A stretch of 43,847 nt of DNA from IMG/VR virus record IMGVR_UViG_3300030613_000005; one strand, given 5' to 3'. A model generated the notes under the pieces. The model saw only the letters and a program-made list of their open reading frames with translations, was not told the origin of the DNA and did no database searches. Both the position numbers and the translations under genes were made by a program. This DNA is from a virus. Numbering within the stretch: the first letter of the stretch is position 1; each line of letters starts with the position of its first letter. Of the stretch, positions 17,756 to 25,399 are shown piece after piece.

Positions 17756-18308
17756 CTTCTTCCTCTACTTTTCGTTGAGATGGTACAGTATTCCAGTACA
17801 CTTCTGAACTAAGGATTTCTTCCATTGTTGCTTTAGTTGTTCCATCATGCGGAGCCCATTGGTCTGTGCCAAAAAGCTCTGTAAAAACGAGGTCGTTACG
17901 AGTATGCCAACGATTGTGGCAGTCAACGCATACTCGGTGTACATTACCCTCAGAATTGTTAAGAGTATTTTTGTCAGGGCCATGGTGGCGGTTAGTAGCA
18001 ACGCCACCCGGACAGCCAATAATAGGAAACCTACCACCACCTGCAAACTTAAGAGCCAACCATTCACATGCCATTCCTTCCTCAATTGGATACAGTACGG
18101 CGGCTCTTTTTCGTCCAGTAGATTGGGGATCAGTAACATCTTCGTTGGCTTTGACTGGCCCGGTTCTAGCATTCTGTAAATCTTCCAAGTGCGCATTAGT
18201 ATGTTGACCGCCACAACAGCAAACTAATTTCTCTAAGTCTGGATTAATACATTCTTCGTCAAAACCAGTAGCACAAGGCATGCAAAAGTTATTATTTTGA
18301 TTTAGCAT
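17742..18308 (-). CDS. HNH-type endonuclease-like protein
   Basis: C-terminal NRHHGPDKNTLNNSEGNVHRVCVDCHNRWH (H-N-H with CxxC). The start is set to ATG 18308 because the longer track start lies inside the upstream terminator hairpin. Confidence 0.55.
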   Translation of the reverse strand: MLNQNNNFCMPCATGFDEECINPDLEKLVCCCGGQHTNAHLEDLQNARTGPVKANEDVTDPQSTGRKRAAVLYPIEEGMACEWLALKFAGGGRFPIIGCPGGVATNRHHGPDKNTLNNSEGNVHRVCVDCHNRWHTRNDLVFTELFGTDQWAPHDGTTKATMEEILSSEVYWNTVPSQRKVEEEDGQP

Positions 18309-18343
18309 AAGAAAAGGCCCCGGGAAACTAATGTCCCGGGGCC
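18309..18343 (-). terminator. Rho-independent terminator downstream of the endolysin gene
   Basis: 10-bp GC stem, GGCCCCGGGA (18316-25) with TCCCGGGGCC (18334-43), followed on the minus strand by TTTTCTT. Confidence 0.8.
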
Positions 18344-18437
18344 TCACCTAATTGGTAGGGCTACTGTCGTGCGCTGCTTCACCCTGTCTAGGTAAAGCGT
18401 AGCACACCGACACGGGACGAGTCTAATCGAACAGGTG

Positions 18438-19325
18438 TCAGCCTTGGGTCTTGCCCAAGACCCTGATCAGTGCTGCCTCAACATCGGCAGGTGTTAGACC
18501 TCCCACTTGTGCAGGAGGTAGTGCCTTGACTACAGCTTGTGCGATCGCTACAATTGCTTCTTCTGGTGTTAGAAAGTGCTTTGTGAGTAGTGCTTCTACA
18601 CTAGAAGCACTTAGCCCAGTTTGTGGATTAGCATATGCCAGTAGACGGCTATATTGTGCTCGAGGAATAGTCTTTACAGTGGGTTTAAGAAACTCAAATC
18701 GAGGATAATTAACAGGCCATACACCTTGCTCATCTATGTAATAGACACCATCGTTCGGTAATTTACCTTCTGGCTCAACAAAAGTTCCCATTAGTGGAAC
18801 ATCTCCATTCACAAGAGCTTTGGCTAGGTTAATTAAATCTGGAATCTGAGCTACCCTATCATTTCCAGGGCAAACGTGGTTATTTGGATTCCAAGCATCA
18901 AATTGCCTGTGGTATCCGATCCCAGGACTTTTAGCTGTATTACATAGCACTAAGGGTATGTCATGGGTAATGTGTGCCCAAACTAGAAAGTATGCAAGTT
19001 CTTTGATCTGTATATTATTCCAAGCACCAGTTGCATACCCTTGTGTTTCGACTGAGATGTAACCATACCTCTTAGCACCAGCTGTCCAGGAATTGCCAGC
19101 AGCTTGTGCGTCTGCTTCTCTGGTAGAGTCTCTATACTGCTCCCATATACCGATTTTGTTTAGGAAGAAGTTAGACTCTACCCCTTGACTAGGACCATTG
19201 AAATAGTTAAAGAGACTACTAGAATTTCCTCCGTCTACATGGAGAATAACCCCAATAGGCTCAATTACTGGGTCTCTTTCTAATCCCGATACAGGGAGCC
19301 ACTTAGCCTTTGGATATCTTGCCAT
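18438..19325 (-). CDS. N-acetylmuramoyl-L-alanine amidase (PGRP/amidase_2-type) endolysin
   Basis: GVILHVDGG, YISVETQG and GIGYHRQFD...HVCPGNDR match the zinc-amidase pattern. The C-terminal ~110 aa are a probable wall-binding region. Confidence 0.75.
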   Translation of the reverse strand: MARYPKAKWLPVSGLERDPVIEPIGVILHVDGGNSSSLFNYFNGPSQGVESNFFLNKIGIWEQYRDSTREADAQAAGNSWTAGAKRYGYISVETQGYATGAWNNIQIKELAYFLVWAHITHDIPLVLCNTAKSPGIGYHRQFDAWNPNNHVCPGNDRVAQIPDLINLAKALVNGDVPLMGTFVEPEGKLPNDGVYYIDEQGVWPVNYPRFEFLKPTVKTIPRAQYSRLLAYANPQTGLSASSVEALLTKHFLTPEEAIVAIAQAVVKALPPAQVGGLTPADVEAALIRVLGKTQG

Positions 19326-19336
19326 TACATTTGTCC

Positions 19337-19510
19337 TTACCTTGGCTTCACTTTTCCAGTCGGATCTAGTACGAACTTGTTACAAGGACAGATCATGACT
19401 ATACAAGGTGTTCGTACTTCAAACCTTTTAGTATCATCTGGCGAAGGTACCTCTACTAGTCTTTCAGGATGAGCCCCGTTAGTGTGTCCGCACTCCTTAC
19501 ATCTTTTCAT
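19337..19510 (-). CDS. Small zinc-ribbon-like ORF (57 aa)
   Basis: ATGA overlap with the deaminase stop. Translation MKRCKECGH...CPCNKF. Ends 11 nt before the endolysin ATG. Confidence 0.5.
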   Translation of the reverse strand: MKRCKECGHTNGAHPERLVEVPSPDDTKRFEVRTPCIVMICPCNKFVLDPTGKVKPR

Positions 19511-19794
19511 ACTGTATACACGACTTCCTTTACGTTATAGAAAGCCATAAACTTCCAACAGTCATTACAAGGCCGAGAGAGTCTGGGTTCCCCACATTTA
19601 CCTACTCTAGCCACGTACAATACTAGTTTAGGTGTTTTAATTCCTGGGGAACCCAGACTTCTCAAAGCCGCGACTTCTGCGTGCACAGAGAAGTTACTCT
19701 TCACATTCCTAGGGACATTCTTATTGACATTGGTAGCCAGAGCCACGATATTACCAGAGTTAACTACAACTGCTCCGTGCCGTTGTCTACACAC
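19507..19794 (-). CDS. dCMP/cytidine deaminase-like zinc enzyme (start codon unresolved)
   Basis: HAEVAAL and PCNDCWKF zinc motifs. First canonical start is GTG 19794, but the in-frame upstream codons encode the expected N-terminal helix. Confidence 0.7.
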   Translation of the reverse strand: MCRQRHGAVVVNSGNIVALATNVNKNVPRNVKSNFSVHAEVAALRSLGSPGIKTPKLVLYVARVGKCGEPRLSRPCNDCWKFMAFYNVKEVVYTV

Positions 19795-19877
19795 AGAAGC
19801 ATTTGCTGTAGCGACGGCAATATCAAGAAACCTTTTGTCCCTAGTAGATAGACTAGCTAACTTCTCCTTTGATTCCC

Positions 19878-20177
19878 CTAGAAGGCAAGCTCTCCAGGGG
19901 TATCATTGTCACCATCACCGATTTCCTCCTCATCTTCTTCAGTATCTTGCAGAATACTATCCGGGTCACTGTACACAAACTCTACCACTGTACTCAATGT
20001 AGTGATGTCACTGCCGTCAGACTCTACCAACGTTGTAATTGCGTCTGCTTCCGTAGTCTCGTACTCAGTAATCTCTTCCTTGGTGTAGAGCTTACTGAGG
20101 TTATAGATTTCTGGGTCCATGACCTGCTCTTGAATGAAGACCCGTGTTACCTTTACGCGCATCCTGTTTTTTGCCAT
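19878..20177 (-). CDS. Highly acidic protein (99 aa)
   Basis: The C-terminal two-thirds are rich in D/E (DTEEDEEEIGDGDNDTPGE). Confidence 0.65.
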   Translation of the reverse strand: MAKNRMRVKVTRVFIQEQVMDPEIYNLSKLYTKEEITEYETTEADAITTLVESDGSDITTLSTVVEFVYSDPDSILQDTEEDEEEIGDGDNDTPGELAF

Positions 20178-20192
20178 TGGTGCTATAACCCC

Positions 20193-20438
20193 TTATTGTA
20201 GGTATTTTAGTTTAACGAACAGGTATGGTATATCTACCTCTAGATGTGATGGAAATAGATGTGGATACCCCCAGGGTTCTTGGGAAGGAATTAGAACCGG
20301 ACCTTCTGGTATGCGTCGAAAGTCCTTACTCCAAAACATGTCGTACGGACCAATGGCCCCTTCGGGAACTTCCCACTCTTCTTGAGTGTAGTACTTGCCT
20401 GTACATTTGAAAAGAATCACTTCTACTTTCGCCATCAC
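20193..20438 (-). CDS. Hypothetical protein (81 aa)
   Basis: ORF in the minus-strand operon with a GGAGG-like RBS. Confidence 0.6.
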   Translation of the reverse strand: MMAKVEVILFKCTGKYYTQEEWEVPEGAIGPYDMFWSKDFRRIPEGPVLIPSQEPWGYPHLFPSHLEVDIPYLFVKLKYLQ

Positions 20439-20468
20439 CTTACCTCCATAGCTACCATGTCAATACTA

Positions 20469-20666
20469 TTATCGGTCAAAAAGAGTGTCCCATTTTTGGT
20501 ACTCAGTGCAATTTAGTACAGGTGAAGGGCATGTACTATAGTCCCGAATAACAGGAGGCTTGTAGTAAGAATACGAGGTAAAAAAGATACCTAATAGAAT
20601 AAGTGCTGTGACAATTCTTCGTGGCGTCATTTCTTTATACCTATCAGAATTAATCTTTAGAGTCAT
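20469..20666 (-). CDS. Small membrane protein (65 aa)
   Basis: TM segment IVTALILLGIFFTSYSY. The ATG lies 1 nt downstream of tRNA-Asn. Confidence 0.55.
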   Translation of the reverse strand: MTLKINSDRYKEMTPRRIVTALILLGIFFTSYSYYKPPVIRDYSTCPSPVLNCTEYQKWDTLFDR

Positions 20667-20667
20667 G

Positions 20668-20740
20668 CTCCCCCACCTGGACTTGAACCAGGAACCAGCT
20701 GATTAACAGTCAGCTACTCTGCCAATTGAGTTATAGGGGA
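20668..20740 (-). tRNA. tRNA-Asn (anticodon GUU)
   Basis: Hand-folded: TCCCCTA / TA / ACTC-AATTGGCA-GAGT / A / GCTGA-CTGTTAA-TCAGC / TGGTT / CCTGG-TTCAAGT-CCAGG / TGGGGGA / G. Confidence 0.85.
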
Positions 20741-21811
20741 ATAACCCGCTACAGATGAAGTGGGAGGTTTTGTATAGTAGCTGCCTAATTAATCGAAAGG
20801 CATTATAGTCGCTATTAAAAGAAACAACGACACCCGGCTCACGTATCACGGGTACTATTTTTGTGAGCAGGTCTAACGGGCCACGTATTAGACCTGAACG
20901 TATACTTATTAGTATACTCTCCCTTATAAAGGGCCGATAGATGGGGGTAACGACCCTAATAATACTAATCAATAGGAACCAAACAATGGTGGTAGAAATG
21001 ATTTTGTACAGTGGTGGGATCTAATCCTCTTCAACCCGACTTAGCGCACGGGCACTGTTTTTGTCTGTATGATAAAGCTACAGGAGAACCTAGGTCACTA
21101 CTCCTTGTTCTCTCACTTCTGTATAAACTCCGATAGTCCTTAGTGTGAGGACACCGAAGAGCTAATTAGCGGTACTGCGCCCAGTTTTATACGACTACTG
21201 CGTCCAGTAGTTACGGGTTATTGGGCAACCCACACGCAAGGTGTTTACTTGTTGTCTTTAAGCTACTCAGCCCACGGTTTCGGCTACCCGAACGTTTATG
21301 TCGGACCCCACGGTTTCGCTGTAGCACCTTGCCGCACTGAGCTTAAGTAATCTCATCTGTCTCCCCTTCTATACACATTGTTGTGTGAAGCAGGAGGCAC
21401 ACGCTTTACAACAGATCCGCTCAGTCGGGATTACTTGAGAGCAGTTTTGTTCTCGAGGTTGGAAGCCTCGGGTCATACTCAGGACCCACACTCATTTCCG
21501 AATTGTCCGCACTCTCACAGTCCATCTGCGGCTATTTCCATCAGAGTTTCAGGGTTAGTGTGGAAACCCGCTTTGTTCATAGGGGAGTAGTAAGGACCCA
21601 CTATTCTCGCTATTCCCCTACTATTCTGCTATTTCCATCCGAAGCAACTCTTATTTTCCCTGAATTACTTCAATAGCAGAACGTAGGTAGCCAGGATTCG
21701 AACCTGGATCTCTCAGATTGTCCTCACACCATATCGGAGGTCTGAGTATTTTAACCAGCCTAGCAGGGTTAGATAGGCCTGTTAAACTACTACCCGCTGT
21801 GTGTACCTACC
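20741..21811 (-). ncRNA. Candidate large structured noncoding RNA (GOLLD/ROOL-like class or novel)
   Basis: 1071 bp with no credible ORF in an otherwise gene-dense genome. Many local helices, a 19-bp long-range pairing, a tRNA-like 5' element and an adjacent tRNA. The strand is inferred from flanking genes and the T-arm orientation. Confidence 0.5.
21683..21809 (-). ncRNA. tRNA-like element with a canonical T-arm and extended non-canonical arms
   Basis: On the minus strand, CCAGG-TTCGAAT-CCTGG (21691-21707). Acceptor-like pairing TAGGTAC/CTACCTA (21803-09 with 21684-90). Two long hairpins stand in place of the D and anticodon arms. Confidence 0.5.
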
Positions 21812-22231
21812 TTAGCGCGGCCGGTTGTAGGACACAACTACTTTCTTAACGCCTTCTATTGGGATAAGAATTCGGCAGGTGGTGTACTGAACTATTAGCA
21901 TATCCACAGTACCCACCCTACCAATATGCCAGCCTTTCATGTCCTCCTCTCCAAAGTTATAGTATTCTTTATTGCGGTCATCACCCAAGTAGGTAACTTC
22001 TACACTACCAGTCTTAACGAAGTCCTCTTCTTCAGGATCTGTGATTGGATTAGGATTAGGGTACATCCACTCTGGGGTTTCACCATGACCAACTAAGTCC
22101 CCTAGATTGCCCTTAGGTAGTAACGGACTAGAGTTGGGGTCTACTGGATAATTCTGCGCACCTTTCTTTAACTTAGCATATATCTCTTCATAGGACCGAT
22201 TTAAACCCTGCTCTACACATTTACGACACAC
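21812..22231 (-). CDS. Hypothetical protein (139 aa)
   Basis: GTG start preceded by GGAG. ORF in the minus-strand operon. Confidence 0.7.
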   Translation of the reverse strand: MCRKCVEQGLNRSYEEIYAKLKKGAQNYPVDPNSSPLLPKGNLGDLVGHGETPEWMYPNPNPITDPEEEDFVKTGSVEVTYLGDDRNKEYYNFGEEDMKGWHIGRVGTVDMLIVQYTTCRILIPIEGVKKVVVSYNRPR

Positions 22232-22239
22232 TTAGGCTC

Positions 22240-22461
22240 CTAGACTTCTTCGGCCTCATAAGCGTAAAGAGTGCTGATTCTTGCTCTATCAAAGAGTGCA
22301 TCAGCACTGCTTCTAGACTCGGCGTCTTCTGGATCGTATCTGTGGAAGTTTAGCGTAAACTCTCCCTGAACGCAACAGTCTACCCATTTGATTCTGTATT
22401 TTTTACCGGACACCATGTTGTAGATTAATCCAGATGGGATAGGATCATAGTAATCATCCAT
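22240..22461 (-). CDS. Hypothetical protein (73 aa)
   Basis: ORF starting 1 nt inside the SNF2 gene stop (overlapping junction). Confidence 0.65.
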   Translation of the reverse strand: MDDYYDPIPSGLIYNMVSGKKYRIKWVDCCVQGEFTLNFHRYDPEDAESRSSADALFDRARISTLYAYEAEEV

Positions 22462-24452
22462 TAGGCAATCTCCCCATTACGCATAGCCTCTAGCAGGTTA
22501 CTAGCCATGCTCTCAACACCTTCTACGATGCCTGCTTTCTCGTCATTAAGGTTATCCATCCAGGTGTCGATAGTCCCAGGGATCCTAAGAATGTGGACAG
22601 TAGTAGTATCCAGCTTACTAAAGGATTCTACTCTTGCCCAAGCTTGCTCATTCTTCCCAGGATTCCATTCCCTATCGAGGCTAATGACATGGTTGGCCCC
22701 AGACAACTCAAGCCCGACTCCGCCAGTTTTGTAGTTAGCAAGAACGACTTGCCATCTGGGCCTAGGATTGTCTCTACTTCCGTCAAAATCTAACTTGATT
22801 TGATCCCGGAGATACTCTGGAGTATCTCCATCAAAGACAACTGCGGGGATTCCGTCTTTGCATAGTCTAGATTCAAGCTCACGTAGTGGCCCCTTGAACT
22901 GACTAAAAACCACTGCTCGCTCGCCATTTTCCATACCATCCTGACAGATTTCCTTTAGCAAATCCACAGCACGGTCTACAATGATACTCTCCCTAGTATC
23001 ATCTCCAACGGAGAAGACAACATCCCCCTTCTCATCTTTCATGTTTATTCCAGCGGGCCAAACATTCGCCTGACGCTTACGCAGAATTACTGTGATAGCT
23101 GCAAGCATCTCCATTTTAGCCCCGGTGGTCTCGAGGATAATCTGGGCGAACTTACTAACCTGCTGGATAATACGCCACTGGTTCGGGTAGTCATCTACCA
23201 AATCCTGACGATCAATGTCGTGATAGATGATATCCTGCTTAGGAATCTCCACACCAGCAGACTTACGATCTCTGGCGATGTACCTACCAGCCAAGTGGTG
23301 CTGTAGTTCATCTAGCGCACCACTACGGAACTCCCACCTATTAGTGTAGACATTCCTACGGCAGTACATGCTCAAGAAGACATTCTTGTCGTGGAAGATT
23401 TCTGGCAACACAAGATGCAGCAGTGGGAACATTTCAACTGGCCTGTTAAGAATAGGTGTTCCCGTCATTGGAAAGACATTCTTAACGCTGCATCTAGCGT
23501 AGGCTTCATACTTATCACGTCGAGTGTCAAAGCCACAGCTGTCACACTGCCAGTAATGCTCGAACCTACTAATATTGAACTGAGTAAAGATTCCGCTACA
23601 GCGGGGACAGCTATTCTCAGCGAAGACTATCTTCTTCACACCTTTAAAGGCACTAGTATCAGTATCCTTGATGGCGTGTGCCTCGTCCATTATAACAGTA
23701 TCAAACCTGCACTCAGCCAACAAGTCCAGAAGATGGGGGTCCTTACGCCAAGCTTCGTAGTTGATAACTACTGTATATTCAGCGAGGCGTTTAAGGGTCA
23801 TGAAAGTAACGTCTCTCATCCCGCGGGTCATCTTATACATCAAGATGTTGTTACGGTGTGGCGCCCACCTAGTTACTTGAGCGTAGAAGGTCTTACAGAC
23901 ATCAGCTGGCGCAATGATAAGTATCTTCTGTGCATGCAATAGGTCCGCAGTTGCTAGCACAGTAAGTGTCTTACCAAGTCGCATCTTGTCAGCTAAAATA
24001 CCTCGCTTGACATTACTAAGTGCTAGAGCCCCCTCAATCTGGTGCTTAAGGATAAACTCATGCCAATAGTAACCCGTACTAAGGTTATCGAATTCCAGCC
24101 GACGCCGTTCCCAATCAGCTTTCTGTCGTTCTCTATCTAGAGCTAGCCTCAGTCTGCGTTCCAGGTTGAGGATTTCAATACCTAGCTCACGGATAGTACG
24201 TCGAACATCCCACAATTCTTCATCAATTTCCCCTCGCTCTGTAGCGAGAGCATCGATCTTAGCTTGCATCTCTTCGCGTATACGCTTAATTTCAGCGTTA
24301 ATCTCTTTAGCGCGATCTTCTTTAACAGCAATGCTTGCAGCTAGAGTATCTCTCTCTGACACTTTTGCTGTAAGCTCATCCCCAATGATTTCTGACTCTG
24401 AGCGTACTAGCTCGAGCTTAGTGATAGTGTCAAAAGAAAAGATACTCTCCAC
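22461..24452 (-). CDS. SNF2-family helicase/translocase with N-terminal coiled coil and zinc-ribbon insertion
   Basis: Motif I LADKMRLGKT and motif II IMDEAHAIKD. Helicase C region ANYKTGGVGLELSGANHVISLDREWNP. Insertion CPRCSG...CDSCGF. The first ~130 aa are charged heptad-like. Confidence 0.85.
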   Translation of the reverse strand: MESIFSFDTITKLELVRSESEIIGDELTAKVSERDTLAASIAVKEDRAKEINAEIKRIREEMQAKIDALATERGEIDEELWDVRRTIRELGIEILNLERRLRLALDRERQKADWERRRLEFDNLSTGYYWHEFILKHQIEGALALSNVKRGILADKMRLGKTLTVLATADLLHAQKILIIAPADVCKTFYAQVTRWAPHRNNILMYKMTRGMRDVTFMTLKRLAEYTVVINYEAWRKDPHLLDLLAECRFDTVIMDEAHAIKDTDTSAFKGVKKIVFAENSCPRCSGIFTQFNISRFEHYWQCDSCGFDTRRDKYEAYARCSVKNVFPMTGTPILNRPVEMFPLLHLVLPEIFHDKNVFLSMYCRRNVYTNRWEFRSGALDELQHHLAGRYIARDRKSAGVEIPKQDIIYHDIDRQDLVDDYPNQWRIIQQVSKFAQIILETTGAKMEMLAAITVILRKRQANVWPAGINMKDEKGDVVFSVGDDTRESIIVDRAVDLLKEICQDGMENGERAVVFSQFKGPLRELESRLCKDGIPAVVFDGDTPEYLRDQIKLDFDGSRDNPRPRWQVVLANYKTGGVGLELSGANHVISLDREWNPGKNEQAWARVESFSKLDTTTVHILRIPGTIDTWMDNLNDEKAGIVEGVESMASNLLEAMRNGEIA

Positions 24453-24455
24453 TTC

Positions 24456-24599
24456 TTACTCCTCTATATGTAGCGCATAGCAATAGAAAGAACGTATTTC
24501 TGCAATCTTATTTCTTGTCGTTAGCATCACACTCCCTACGGTGTACTTATCTACGTTAGTGTACTGGTCACACTTTCCATCTGACCATATCACGCACAT
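24456..24599 (-). CDS. Possible small ORF (47 aa)
   Basis: The ATG lies 1 nt after the upstream stop. It ends 3 nt before the SNF2 GTG and contains that gene's GAGGAG RBS. Confidence 0.35.
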   Translation of the reverse strand: MCVIWSDGKCDQYTNVDKYTVGSVMLTTRNKIAEIRSFYCYALHIEE

Positions 24600-24600
24600 G

Positions 24601-24873
24601 TTATACAGTTGCATTTACTTTAGCCTTATTAGGGACGCTCAGGTAGCTAAGTACGTTGAGGATGGACTCGTAATCTGTGCTATCCCAGATATCCCAGTGT
24701 GTGCCACGGATCTTAGATTGCATGGGCCCTGGGAGACTTAGGAATAGTGCCCTACCTACAGGCATTTGTCCAATATTACGAATGAACTTATCATTGCGTG
24801 AACCACTAAGGTTACACTGTTCTTTGAAGAAACAATGGATAATGTAGTAAAAGTCTGCCGTGTTGATTTTCAT
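24601..24873 (-). CDS. Hypothetical protein (90 aa)
   Basis: ATG 24873 overlaps the upstream TAA (TAATG). The longer track start is unnecessary. Confidence 0.6.
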   Translation of the reverse strand: MKINTADFYYIIHCFFKEQCNLSGSRNDKFIRNIGQMPVGRALFLSLPGPMQSKIRGTHWDIWDSTDYESILNVLSYLSVPNKAKVNATV

Positions 24874-25199
24874 TAGATGACATCCCTCTTCCCACAAGTG
24901 TTACTTGCACATGGCTTACACATAGGCCAATCGTCGCCATCCTTATCTGTCCAGAGATTAGTAGTTTCTACGTTGCACTCACAAACACAAACACAGTCTT
25001 TTAGTTCATCAGACTGCTTAGGCCGATCAGTCTGTTCAGTCACGTCAAAGAAAACATATTGTTCCAGAGTGCCATCTTGCTTCATATCTTTCTTGATATT
25101 ATCGGCCGTATTAGGAAACACTACTGTGCTAGTCCACCACTTAGACTCTGCCCTGTCCGTCTTCTTAATATATATAACATAGTTCTTAGGCTCAGCCAT
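24873..25199 (-). CDS. Hypothetical Cys-rich protein (108 aa)
   Basis: ORF containing CVCVCEC and CKPCASNTC. Confidence 0.65.
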   Translation of the reverse strand: MAEPKNYVIYIKKTDRAESKWWTSTVVFPNTADNIKKDMKQDGTLEQYVFFDVTEQTDRPKQSDELKDCVCVCECNVETTNLWTDKDGDDWPMCKPCASNTCGKRDVI

Positions 25200-25200
25200 T

Positions 25201-25398
25201 TCACACCTTCCTAATCGTCATATTACAGCAAGCGAAATCATCATTCGGGATAGCATAGATAAGGTTAGTGTCAGCTGGAATATTGGCGTCTATCACATCT
25301 TTAGGGAACCACCCAATACTAACTAGTGCTGTACGGTAGACACAACCGTCTTTCCACTGCGTAATCTTACGCTGTTCCTTGTAAACCTCGTAGGCCAT
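25201..25398 (-). CDS. Hypothetical protein (65 aa)
   Basis: ORF packed at 1-nt spacing on both sides. Confidence 0.55.
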   Translation of the reverse strand: MAYEVYKEQRKITQWKDGCVYRTALVSIGWFPKDVIDANIPADTNLIYAIPNDDFACCNMTIRKV

Positions 25399-25399
25399 G

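Noticed and set aside
20703-20972. Track ORF of 89 aa (minus strand) at the edge of the long noncoding region.
   Set aside because: It overlaps the 5' half of tRNA-Asn. It has no RBS and its composition is odd and low-complexity. I treat it as noncoding.
21378-21590. Track ORF of 70 aa (plus strand) inside the noncoding region.
   Set aside because: It lies on the opposite strand to all neighbouring transcription and uses a TTG start with no RBS. It also lies within helix-rich sequence.
21128-21739. Whether the 19-bp inverted repeat marks the ends of a MITE-like mobile element.
   Set aside because: I saw no target-site duplication at the flanks. One arm lies inside the tRNA-like element. An RNA helix is the simpler reading, but mobility is not excluded.
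21683-21809. Whether this locus is a fourth canonical tRNA.
   Set aside because: Only the T-arm and an acceptor-like stem fit. The total length is about 127 nt and both other arms are about 35 nt, so no standard cloverleaf or class II fold is possible.
23391-23942. Track ORF of 183 aa (plus strand). The same applies to the other antisense ORFs inside large genes: 2285..2536, 4775..5065, 11074..11364, 15499..15915, 17765..18214, 27572..27838, 33559..33948, 40056..40490.
   Set aside because: They are embedded antisense or out of frame within well-supported long genes. They have no RBS and low-complexity translations typical of shadow ORFs.
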